From Neoechinorhynchus agilis (Eukaryota > Animalia > Acanthocephala): DNA of 64,000 nt. Every line of letters begins with the position of its first letter. Positions within the stretch are counted from its first letter, which is position 1. Of this stretch, positions 49,791 to 61,825 are shown piece after piece. A program made the translations under genes and the position numbers. The stretch covers positions 3,134,797 to 3,198,796 of the forward strand of contig CM121342.1 in NCBI GenBank assembly GCA_051530055.1, given 5' to 3'. A model generated the notes under the pieces. That model worked only from the letters and a program-made list of their open reading frames with translations, did no database searches and was not told the origin of the DNA.

Positions 49791-50649
49791 GGCCTCGAAG
49801 GCGTACATGAAATTCTCTGTTAAATACTCAAAGGTTCCATCGCATTGTTCGAATAAATTCCTGCATACCAATTAAGTGTTTCGACAATAAAACAGAAATT
49901 TTCAAAAAACCTTCAGTTCAAAATCTGATCAGTTTCTCTTAAGGCCTTATTCTGTGATGCGTCAGGACTGGTTCGTATTTCTAGGAGTGTAGCTTGGAAT
50001 ATAACTCTGAAGATGTACACTCCGGTCGTTTGGTACTGCGGCGCAGGACCTGGTCAAGCAACTGTCTAAGAGATTGAGACGAATCACTGGTGATCGGAGA
50101 TTATGAGCATTCCGTCTGAAAAACATAAGTCTGGTGGTGCAACGGGAGGGGAAACGCTGCATCCGTCCTTTCGACCGTTACATCAGGACGGCAACTGAGT
50201 GTGATGCAGAAGCAGTAAATACTTTTTGTTTCCACTAAAATTCAGTCCATATTAAAAGCTTGACCAATTATTACCTTACATTGTGAATCCCATTCCAGAA
50301 CAGCGAGGACATTAGCTAGCATGTTGCGAGAAATGTGTGGAGCAGGATATGCATTGGTATAAGACATTATGATGGAAACGGAGATTGTGCCAAGAGCGGA
50401 TACCTATACGTTTTCGGAATTAACGGACGGTATTATGGGAGTTTTGAAGTGTCGAGTTCCTTAAAAAATTGATGGCGCACGAGAATAAAGATTATAGAAT
50501 GGTTTGCACGAATTAAGTATAAAATGGCCAGGATTAAGTCGCTGTTTAATCAAGATTCCCTCGATAATAATAAGACGTTTTTTGTTGAATTACAAGGAAA
50601 AGGACCCATATACCCTTTGGGCTCCTCGATAAATGAAGCTGGCTATTGA

Positions 50650-51990
50650 TTTTGGCGTGGATTACGAGTCCGTTCGATTGAGAATATCCGGTTGGGTTGG
50701 AAGGTCCGTTCTTGTGGTAATTGGTGTTTATTGCTTGCAAAAGCGCTTGTAAGGTTAGTCTTTCCTCCGAATCATTTCAGGTTATGATATCCGAGAAAAT
50801 TTGGCAGCATGAAAAAAGGAGCGTAGATTTAGGGAGGTGCGAGGTTAAGAGAGGGTGAAACGAATTAGGATTACGAGTGTTGTGTTCGTGTGAAAAGGAA
50901 GCGATATTTGGTAAAAATTATGGTAGTTGCATGGTCGATAGGCGTTTTGATTGTCTTATGAAAATAGCATCAAGGCATTCGGTGAGAGAGGAAAAGTCAG
51001 CTGTGCAAATTTTAGATGCTCCTTTATGAAACATTTCAAGACGATAGGTTTGAGATTTGGAAAGGTTGCAAAATACGGGATAACCGTGGGTGAGGGAAGT
51101 GTAAGACAAAGCAGAATTAAAATTTGTAGAGATCGGGTGAAAGGATTCCTAAATGTCGGAGGCGTTTGAGGAAATAAATTTTAATGGTGTTTAGCTCGAG
51201 GGAGAGAGCGATGTGCGAGTCCCATTCCAAATTTTATTGAAATTGGATACCCAGAATTCTTAGGGAGGTTACTCGTAGGATGTCATCTAGAAGCTCAGGG
51301 GATGATGTGGGGTTGCGGGGGAGAAAGGGGATCATTTCGAAGCATTTAAAGAAATTGAGATGGAGTTTGTGATTGGTGCAGAAATCTTTTATATGTGTGA
51401 TTTCTTTAGAACTCAAGGAAAGGGAGAGGTGGGGTGGTAAATGGTTGATGAGGGTGATATCGTCGGTGTATAAGAAGAGTTTAGAGTAAGAGAGGTTTGA
51501 GGTTGTTTAGAAAAATATTAAAGAGAAATGGAGACAGCACCTTGAGGTACGCCTTTGGTTATGGATAGGCTGATAGAGGAGGTAGAACGGTAGTAAATGG
51601 ATTGTTTGCGATTGTGAAGATAAGATTCGAGCCAGCGAATCTGCCACAAGTATAGACCAAAATCGGAGCAGGCCCGGAGTCGACTGAGTCGAAAGCTTTA
51701 GATAAATCAAGTTGAATGAGATCGGTGACTTGAGAGGGATTATTGTCGAGGTTACGTAGGAGCGTGTCATAAATGCAAAGTAAGGAATCCGTTGCAGAAA
51801 ATCTGAGCCGGAAGCCAAATTGTAGGGGCGATAACTTTTCATTGAGAAGTGAAAGAAGGCGAGATTTAAAGCATTTTTCGATGATTTTTGAAAGAGCAGG
51901 TAGAATGGAAATTGGACGGAATGATTCGGCGGAAATGGGAGATTGATCTTTAGTAAACAAAGTCTTTACTTTAAGGTTGAGAAATGCCAT
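50650..51990 (-). mobile_element. CR1/L2-like LINE RT, longer inverted copy of the element in segment A
   Basis: FRPISILPALSKIIEK, QFGFR, QLDLSKAFDSVD, continuing into GVPQG and YTDD. Confidence 0.85.
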
Positions 51991-52649
51991 GTCGAGTGCG
52001 GTGTAAAATAAAGCGTTTGTTTATACGCATCCGATAGCCTTCCGTTCAAAAAACGCTATGGTTCAAAAGATTCTTTTTATAAATCTTACATTATTTCATT
52101 TCAACGAAAAATCCAGCGGTTACGTTAAGTTTTGAGCAAAGAAATATTCTTCTAGTTTCGTAGACTAGAGATTTGGTAGATATGTTTAAATATAATTCGT
52201 TTGACTCGAAATTTGAGCTTGAATATAGATGGTAACTTATAAAAAAAATTCTTGTAACGTCGATAGACTGTTGATAATATCGATAAAAAAGACAAATATT
52301 CAAGTTTGAGTTATTAGTAAACGACAATTTTTGTGTTCAAACAGAAAAATATTAATGATTTTGAGTTAATGGAGCAACGGAAATTAAGTATTGAAGAAGC
52401 CAAAATGTTCGAAAAAATATGCCTGCCATCAAAGAATTACACGACCCAGACAACAAAATCCCAGTATTGAAAACCTCCCTTATTTTTCTGAACCCGCAAT
52501 CTTCCTGTTAAACTGTTCTCGATCGCTGCTGCTATTAATTCAATGTTGGTGCGGTTGACTAATGGGCAGGGTTATTCATTTGATCGAAGACGGGAGAATA
52601 TCGAAAGTGAGTTCACATTGAACAGATCCGAATCGCTCAACTTATTTTT

Positions 52650-54900
52650 TCCCTACACTCAAATCACCCCTTACTGCAGTGTCCACCCACGAATCCATTA
52701 TCCCCGAACTACCCCATCGGTCAACTCCCATCCCTTCTCTCTCCGCGCGGCTTCAACCCTCTCCGTCAGTGTCCACCCCTCATCTCCCTTCTAAACATTC
52801 CAATAATGTTTTATTCTAACATCCGCAGGATCCTCCCCAAACTGTATGAGCTCCATATAGTTGCATCTTCTTGCAATGCCGACATCCTTGTAATTACAGA
52901 AACATGGCTCTCACCCCGTAGCAAATTATCTGCTTTCCTACCAAACTTTCAAGCTTTTCACCTCACAAGGGACTTCCGAAACGGGGGGAGGCATATCGAT
53001 CTTCATCCGCGCCTCACTCCCTTACCATTGCTTTTCACCCTTCCTTTTCATCTCCGACGATCTTGAATGGCTTCACATCCAACTTCATCTCCTTCTCCGC
53101 AATGGCCGGGCGATTTTAACAAACTGCCGATCCCGCCCTCGCTCTCTCATCTTTCCCAACTCGTTACTTTCCCCACACGCTTCTCCTCCCGCCTAGATAA
53201 AATTTTCTCAAATATCAGGCAATACTCGTGCACTACCAAACTCCCCCCGATCGCCTCGTCTGACCATTGTCCCATCCTTCTCTCCTCCTCATCACCTCAA
53301 AAACGTTTCTTTTCCGACCTCTACGTTTTCTGGGATAAACGTGATCATCATACACAATCCTTTGCTGCATGCGCCAATTCTCTTATCACGCAAAACCGCT
53401 CTACCATCGTTGGCCCCGACCCCTCGATTGCAATGGGATCTTTGTTAAATCTAATAGAATCTGCGATGAAGGCCTCCTTTCCTCGCAAAACAATACTAAT
53501 CTCGAACCGCGACCCTCCATGGTTCTCGCCTTTTCTAAAAACCCTTCAAATCCAGGTCACCAAAGCTTTTCGGTCAAGTAATCCCTCTTACCCCTCCCTC
53601 CACTCCAAATTATTTTTCTCATCTCGTCTCTCGTCCGTTCCCAATCGAAATTGCACCGCTCTTGGTAGATCTACCCCCTTAGCATCTCTCCCAGTAGAAA
53701 GCTAAGGTTCGTTATGTGCGTTAGATTATCGATAAGTTCCGGGATCTGACCCGCCCATTCATACATGCCCTTCCTTAGTTTCCCCTCTCGAAATCCTAGA
53801 GATCCTTAAACGCCTGCTTCGCCATTCTTCCCCTAATTCGACTATCCCAAATTGGGACATTCGTTTCATCATCCCAGAACTTATCGATCCTCTAACTCAC
53901 ATAACGAACCTTAGCTTTCTACTGGGCTCTTTCCCGTCGTGTCTTAAGGAAGCCCGGGTAGTCCCCCTACCCAAAAACGATAAGCCGATTTCCCCCACCT
54001 CCTTTCGTCCCATCCCTATCCTCTCACCTTTCTCTAAAATCTTAGAAAAATGTTTTAAAACCCGCCTACTTCCATTCTGCCTCAACACCATCTCCCCTTC
54101 CCAATTCGCTTTCCGTCCCAATTACTCTTGTTCTGACGCCCTCCTATGCATTTACGATACGCTTGTGCGCAGCTTAGATTCCAGTCCAGCATCAACCATC
54201 CGTCTCGTGCAACTGGATATTTCCAGGGCGTTTGAGTCGGTAGATCACTCCCTTCTCCTCCAATGATGTGCTTCCTTTGGCCTCCCAACCTGGCAACTCA
54301 CTTACCTTCATCCCCTCACTCCCCCTACCAAATATTTTCTCTATGGAAATGACCTCACAGTCATAAATGCACAGGATATTTGGATTCTTCATTAGATCGC
54401 ACTTTCTATTGATAATCATTTAAACATTCACCACCTCCCACCAAATTCCAGCTTTTGTCCTTCCTCGACCGTCGCCATCACGCTGGCAGCATTGCCCCCT
54501 TACCATCGCATCTCTCTCCCTCTCCACAACCATGGACGAGATCAACCATCTCATTTCCTCGCTCTCCACCCTAAACCTCTCCCTAAATTTATCCAAATCT
54601 TTTGAGCTTGTCCCCCACATTTCCAAACGCAATCTTATCCCCGCGCCTCTCCCCATCCAACGTTCCTCTTCTCTCCGAATACTGGGCCTGACTTTACAAG
54701 AAAACCTTAAATGGGATGCCCACATTTCATTGACCCTCTCTAAAACAAACCCTCGTCTTTACCTCCTCAAACTCCTCCGGCGTCTCGGCGTATCCCCTAA
54801 ACATCTTGCCCACTTTTATCTTTCTGCCATCTTCCCTATCCTTACATACGCTTTCCCCACTTTCTTCGCCCTTTCCGCCAATGCTCTCCATTCCCATGGA
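52650..54900 (+). mobile_element. CR1/L2-like LINE (APE-RT), rearranged, with ~135-bp CRE insert at 54362-54497
   Basis: YSNIR..ADILVITETWL, GDFN, PTR..LDKIF..SDH, FRPIPIL..FSKILEK, LRILGLTLQENLKWDAH. Confidence 0.85.
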
Positions 54901-56829
54901 CAAAAGCATTCAGAATGCCCTGGGCCGAAAATGTGTGCTATAGCGTGCGAAGTTCCGAGAAGCAATCAGTGATGGTATCGCAGTTTCTTCAAGAATTACT
55001 GCGGAAAAATCAATCGAATTTTGCAAAATCGATGGCTCCGGTACGCAAAGTGGAAATCCGCCTATCGTTAGTAAAAATGGGATTCTCATGTGTTGGGATA
55101 GTAGGAAGATTTCCCTGGCGTTGAAACGAAAGGTAGACCACGAGCTACAATGGCAAGTTGAGGCAGACGTACTTGAGAAGGTAGACGCTCTAAACGGACC
55201 GATTGAATGGGCTACGCCGATCGTTGTGGTTACCAAAGCCAACGGAAATATTAGAACTTGCGTCGATTTTAGGGTCACTATCAATCAGTATCTCTGAGTT
55301 AACAGTTATTCGCTACCAACATTGGAAAAAATAATGAGTAAAATAGCGAGTGGCGAGGTCTATTCCGGGCTCGACATAAATGAGGCATATCTGCAACTGC
55401 CCATAAGTCCCGAATCAATGCCATATTTAACGATATCCACACCGCGAAGATTCTTAGAATTTAAGCGATTGCCTTTCGGTACCAGCTTGGCACCGGCCAT
55501 CCTTCAACAATATATGGACGATCTGCTGTAGGGAATTCCAATAGTTGCACTATACTTAGACGACGTACTGACCACTGGAAAAACACAAAGAGACAACCTC
55601 TCGAATTTATCTGAGGTACTGCACAGATTACAGGAAGTGGGATTAAAGTTGAATCGAGACAAATGTGTCTTCTTACAGGAGGGAATTGAATATCTGGGCC
55701 ACGAACTACACCGAGATCATGTACGACCAAGTGTAACAAAAATAAAAGCTATTTTAGTACTTCCCCGATCACGTAATAAAGGAAAGCTCAGGACATTTTT
55801 GGAAACGACAATTTTTTGCAAATGTTCATTCCAGGATTGCAATTTAAATGCCGAGAATTGCAAGGATTAACAAACAAGGAAAAAATGGGAGTGGGACACG
55901 AAGCAGGAGGAAGCTTTCCAAGAAGTGAGGGAATCATTGATGAATGCTCAAGTTCTTAAGACTTTCGATCTAAAAAGGGAAACTCGATTGTGATGTGACA
56001 CAAGTGGAAAAGGCCTTGGAGCTGTTCTTATGCAGATACAAGATGATGGCAGACCATTTCCAGTAGCGTATGCATCGCGAACACTAAAGGGGCCAGAAAT
56101 CAATTTATCTCAAATAGAAAGGAAGGTTTGGCGATAATCTTTGCGGTTCGGAGATTCCATCCGTATCTGGCAGGTCGCAAGTTCGTCCTGTACAGCGACC
56201 ATAAACCACTGAAGTACGTCTTCGGAACAAATCGGAACTTGTCAAAGATGACAAATCAAAGATTGATCCGATGGGGAATAGAACTATCACAATACGACTA
56301 CGTGCTAGAGTTTACTATAGGAGAAGAGAATCAACTGGCCGACACCCTTTCTAGATTGACACCACGACGAACGACGAAATCGAATTTCACTTGATCCAAG
56401 AGCATACCATGAAGAATATCAGATTCACGTTCGACGAAATTCGAAAAGCGACGGAATCGGACACGGAATTATGAACTGTTAAGCCATATCTTTCGAGGGG
56501 CTGGCCATCAGCGATTCCAAATGAACTCAGCACATATTCTTCACGACGAAAAGAGCTTTCGGTCGAGGACGGAGTCTTGTTGTGGCTACAGCGTCTCGTG
56601 ATTCTTCAAAGCCTCAGAAGTACAGTGCTCCATGTGTTACACTCTGGATATCCGGGAATAGCGGCCATAAGCGATCTTTCGCGTTTTTATTGCTGATGGC
56701 CATCAATACACGACGACATCGAGCATAAGGTTGGGGTATCTTTAGACCGCCAGACCAAACGACCGAAGGTACCTGAAGCTCCCTTATACCAGTAGAATAT
56801 TCCTGAACAAATTTGGGAAAGGATCCTCA
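54900..56829 (+). mobile_element. Ty3/Gypsy pol fragment (RT, RNase H, start of integrase)
   Basis: WATPIVVVTKANGNIRTCVDFR, YLDDVL, KCVFLQEGIEYLGH, VAYASRTL, AIIFAVRRFH.YL.GRKF.LYSDHKPL. No LTRs seen. Confidence 0.9.
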
Positions 56830-57390
56830 TGGATTTGGTTGATGCTTTCCGGCGACAAGCTCTCGTTTGCGTAAAGTCAGGAGGAAGGTTCTCACGCCAT
56901 TCTGAAATCAATAACGCAATTTCTCGGGCGTTGAGAACGGCGAACTTCCCGAGCATCCTGGAACCCTCCCACCTTTGTCAACAAGACGGCCGTAGGCCGG
57001 ATGGAATTTCGGTCTTCCCGTGGCTGGAGGGCAAATGCCTTCTCTGGGACGCCACGTCCCTCGCAGTAAGCAACATTCCCTACTCTCTCGAAATCGCTGG
57101 AGGTGCAGCCAGTGCAGCGGAATGGACGAAGGTACGAAAATATAGGGAATTAGCAAGGGCTCAATATTTTGTCCCCTTCGGAGTAGAGACGTATGGAGCG
57201 CTCGGCAGCTCGGCACTCTCTCTGCTCCAGGATGTCTCGAAGAAATTGAGAGAGGCAACCGGAGACTCAAGAGTAGGCGTATTCCTTCGACAAAATATCT
57301 CGCTGGCAGTACAACGGAGCAATGCTGCCAGCGTGATGGCGACGGTCGAGGAAGGACAAAAGCTGGAATTCGGCGGGAGGTGGTGAGTGT
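56829..57390 (+). mobile_element. CRE 3' fragment
   Basis: 185-aa ORF with RFSRHSEIN, DGRRPDG, WDAT, KYREL, FVPFGVETYG. Confidence 0.9.
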
Positions 57391-57429
57391 GCTTCAAACA
57401 GATTGTTTGAATTGTTAAAAATATTTATC

Positions 57430-60400
57430 TTTGAAAAAAAAGTAAATAAAAAACTCTTCAAATTCAAACGCAGCATTTGTTGGGACACGATTGTATTGTA
57501 TTTCAATCTGATGGTCTCTCACTTAGGGACTATATAGTTTTAAATGAAAAATCTTTGAGTAATTTTAATGCTGATTTAAAATCTCTGCTGTCCAAGGAGA
57601 GATTGATTTCTCTTTTTAATGAAATCATATTAAAATCGGTAAAAGCCCATCTCACCACTCAATCTTACATAAAGCGACGTTCGCTATGTAAAACGGCTAA
57701 TATGTTTTACAAAAAAGAAATTATTGCTGATATTTTAAACAATAAAAGTATGCATTCCTCTTTCATGAAGAAGTTTTACACCGAGAAATGGCTTTTTCAA
57801 ATTTCCCAAGACAAAAAATATCTTGTAAATATGAAATGCTTTGGGAAAGGTTTCTGGCATGCCGTTTTACACAAGAAACCAATTTGTTGGAGAGCAAAAG
57901 CTGCCAATTGGATTCCTGCCATATTATGATATGGCAGGAATCTTCGGTGATAGAGGAAATTTTATATACGCATACGTACTCGGCCTATTCAGCTCCTCCT
58001 CTTTCCATTTTTAATAAAAATCTTTTACTTGGAACCTGAGTGTCGACACTCTGCTAGAGTCCTGTGGATCTCACGGCTCTGCTATTAGTGATGAGATCAA
58101 ATTTTTATTCTTTTCAAACCTCAAGTTAAAGAAACTGGATTTTAAAGATTTGTTAAATATAAATGTCGTGAAAAAGGTTTTCTTACCCAAAACGAAGGGA
58201 CCCATAAACAATCCGTCACAGATCAGGGTTATTTCTAACCAAAACTCTATAATTTCTTGCTTGGAAAGAGAAGTGAATAAAACTCTTTATAGGAACCTCG
58301 AAGTGAGGAAACTTATCCCCGTTTACTTCCACGGTTTTATAAAAGGTAAAGGGGTTACAAAAATTCTTTCAATACCTTAAAAAGGGAAATAATGTTAAAA
58401 GCAATTGAGGATGTCGTCCCAGAGGCTTACCCCTATTTCTGGAGAGCATATGCTAACCATACGCTACTGCTGTACAACGACAAAATAATTTGGTCGCAGA
58501 GTGGTGTACAACAGGGAGATCCACTCGGCCCCATAGGCTTCTCCGTCGTAGTAAATGATCTTGCCCATTCAATGTTTTCTCCTTTCAACGCTTGGTCCTT
58601 GGACGATGCCACACTCGGTGGCGATTCAAGTGTTGTTTTGAGCGACCTTCAAAGGATCTGAATGAAGCTGACCGTGCGAACTTCTTATCCTGAACGCAAC
58701 TGAAAACGAGCGCTCTCAAATCTCTAGCGATTTTGAATCAGTTGCTCCTGGTCCGGGTTTGATCACCCTTGACCAGCTCACACTCCTCGGGAGCTGCGTT
58801 CTTGCTGAGAATGTTGCGAAGGACCTGCGCGCACAAATCCCGAAAATGGAGTTGCTCTACGGCCGAACTTCTGAGCTTTTGGCACATGAGGGTCTCTTCT
58901 TGATCAAGAATTGCCTCTATATGCCGAAATTGCTTCATAAGCTAAGAGCAGCTCCATGTTTCGGAGAAGACAAATTGTTAGGAGAGCTCGACGGGGTAAT
59001 TCGTAAGCAGCTGGGACATATATTGAATGTCAAATTTTCTGACACAGGTTGGCGACAAGCTACTTTTCCCACGGCTTATGGTGGTTTGGGAGTTCACACC
59101 ACTTCAGACGTCGCTTTACCTGCCTTCCTCTCCTCTTGCCGGGCAAGTAAAGTCTATGTCGATGCCATTTTAGGCACATCACTGAAGGATGCGATCTTTG
59201 AAACAGGATTATCTCAATGGCATCAATTGACAGGCATCAACCAGCTCCCCGCAAATGAGTGCAAACAGTCGTCTTGGGACATTCCTCTTGTTCAGAAGAT
59301 TCACAACTCTTTCAAAGATATTCTGAATGAGGTGTCTCAGGTCCGGCTGGTAGCCTCTTCCACGAAGGAGTCGGGAGCGTGGCTGAATGCTCTCCCTGTA
59401 GGTAAACTTGGAAATCTCCTTGCTGACTCAGTCGTCAGGATCGCAATATCCTTGAGATTAGGCCTACCGATTTGTATCCCGCATCGCTGCAGCTGCGGCA
59501 CTATAGTGGATTCTTCGGGGAGACACGGTCTCATATGCAAGACGTCATCGGGACGATTTCCAAGGCATGCTGAAATCAATGCCATTCTGAGTAGGACTCT
59601 AAAAACGCTTTCCCTTCCAAACATTCTAGAACCCACTAATCTTTGTAGATTAGATGGAAGACGCCCTGATGGCGTGACCGTTTTTCCTCGGCGGGAGGGA
59701 AAATGTTTGTTGTGGGATGCAACGTGTATGGACACGTTGGCAAACTCCAACATCGGCCACTCGAAAAAAGGTCCAGGAGGAGCGGCGACGGCGGCAGAGG
59801 ATCGGAAATGTTCAAAATACAGGGAGCTAATCCAAAATTACCATTTTGTCCCCTTCGGTGTGGAAACGTACCTTGGGAGGGTCGGCACTAGCCCTCCTCG
59901 TGAAGGACTTGGGGAAACGAATCAACGCGGCGACTGGAGAGCCAAGATCGACGTCGTTCTTGGCGCAAGAAATAAGCATTGCGGTGCAGCGGGGCAATGC
60001 GGCCAGCGTTTTGGCCAGCGCCGATGAATGGGAGCGTTGATGAAACTATAAATTATGTATGCTTGCTAAAAAAAATTTCATATAAAAAAGGGGTTAACAC
60101 CCTCATAGATGCTTTAAACTCCCTTAATATGATAAAATTTCAGCACAAAGTACTAATTCAACTTGACCTAAACAAAGCATTCGATGTTTTAGCCAGATCT
60201 TTTCTATACAAGGCCCTTGATGAGTTAAAGGTGCCGTTAAATATTATTTATAAGATTAATTATTTAATAAAATCTAAATCTTTTTACTATGAGGTGGATC
60301 CTGGGAAAACTAAATTTTTCTCCAGATTTGGCGTCCCTCAAGGATCTCCGCTATCCCCTACCCTTTTTCTTATTTCCCTCGTTTTTACTTCCAAGAAAAT

Positions 60401-61000
60401 CAAACTACTTTAGGGAATTTATCATCTGGTTTATGCAGACGATATTTTCGTATTTTGCAGGCAAGGTTTTGCCCACCTCTTTTATCCAAAATCCATATAG
60501 CATTAAACGCTCTTAGTGTCAATTTAAAGTTAGCCAACTTGGCCATTAACCCTGGTAAAATATTTTTTATTCCTCTTACTAATTCTCCCTCTTCCAGGAA
60601 ACTTTTAATAAATAATTTAAATAATAGCTCTGCCTATAATCACTCGAATATAAAAAATCAACACGAATTTTAGGGTTAGATTTTCCATCCAAAATGCACG
60701 GGTTCTTAATCAATTCCTCTTTTAATAATACCTTTGTTAAAAGTAAATGTGTTCTTAAAAGAGCTTCCTACCTGGGCTTGAGTTTTAATATTCTCTTACC
60801 GGTTGTAAAAACATTATTAGGAGGCTCATTATGTTTTTGTTGGTAGAGGCCGTCCGAGCTTAGAATACCATTATTTTTTAGATGTTTTAAGAAACTACAA
60901 AAACCTTTATGTAATTACACTTTGTTCCAGGAGCCCCTATTATCATTTTTATCAAGATTATTCTTAGAAATTTTTTATTCTTCTCCTCAAACTCCAAAAA
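57430..61000 (+). mobile_element. AT-rich, divergent LINE-like RT interrupted by a CRE insertion
   Basis: FLPK..NPSQIRVIS, HGFIKGKGV|NTLIDAL, QLDLNKAFD, GVPQGSPLSPTLF, YADDIF; frameshifted. Confidence 0.75.
58358..60086 (+). mobile_element. CRE retrotransposon (5'-truncated, ~1.7 kb) with 10-bp TSD
   Basis: QSGVQQGDPLGP..LDD through RPDG/WDATC/QRG. AAAGGGGTTA at 58348-58357 and 60087-60096. Confidence 0.9.
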
Positions 61001-61440
61001 AGGTAAGTTTTTTTAACTAAATCTAAATTTTTTTACGATCCATTATACGATAAAGATCATTCTAAGGCACAATCACCTCAATCTATTCAGTTAGCAGACG
61101 CAAGTTTTTTACAATATACAATCAATTAATGTACAAAGACCGGAAAAGAATTTTTAAGGCAAATTAATTCAATATTGTGAACTTGAAGGCAAGATCCTGA
61201 TCCCTATCTATGCAAGTGTCCCGAGGGGTTTAAAGAGTCATCCCTAAAACTAGGGATTCGGGCGTAGGGACGGATTCACGACGGAACTTTATCGACAAAC
61301 TGTTAATTGACTAATCTCATATAACCAGATGTGGAAGATATAAGGCTTTTTAAACAAATAAATAAAAATAAGTTGAGCGATTCCGATCTGTTCAATGTGA
61401 ACTTACTTTCGATATTCTCCGATCTACGATCAAATGAATA

Positions 61441-61825
61441 ACCCTGCCCATTAGTCAACCGCACCAACATTGAATTAATAGCAGCAGCGATCGAGAACAG
61501 TTTAACAGGAAGATTGCGGGTCAATGAAATCTACCTATGGATTGGGGATAATATTCCATATTTTCCACAAATAGCCGATAGCAGGTCTTGGAAAGGATCG
61601 GTCAGGAACACGCTTGCCTATTGTCGTAGATTCAAGAAATTTCCAATTCGAGGGAGACCAAGAAAATCGTTTTGGAAGATAAATATTAACGGGGTGGGTA
61701 GTCGAATGTGGCGACCAAAAGGACCACGGCAAATTGTCCAGAGATTGAGTATTCATCATCCTCATTTGAATGGCAATGTCGCTGAAGTGGCTCAACCGAA
61801 CAATTCACAAATCAACAACCTGTAG
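61441..61825 (+). pseudogene. Divergent forkhead (Fox) domain, right-arm copy
   Basis: NIELIAAAIENS..RLRVNEIYLWI.DN.PYF....SWKGSVRNTLA...F.K.P....SFWKIN aligns with the Fox H1-H2-H3-S2-W1 pattern. In-frame TAA at 61438-61440. Confidence 0.75.
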
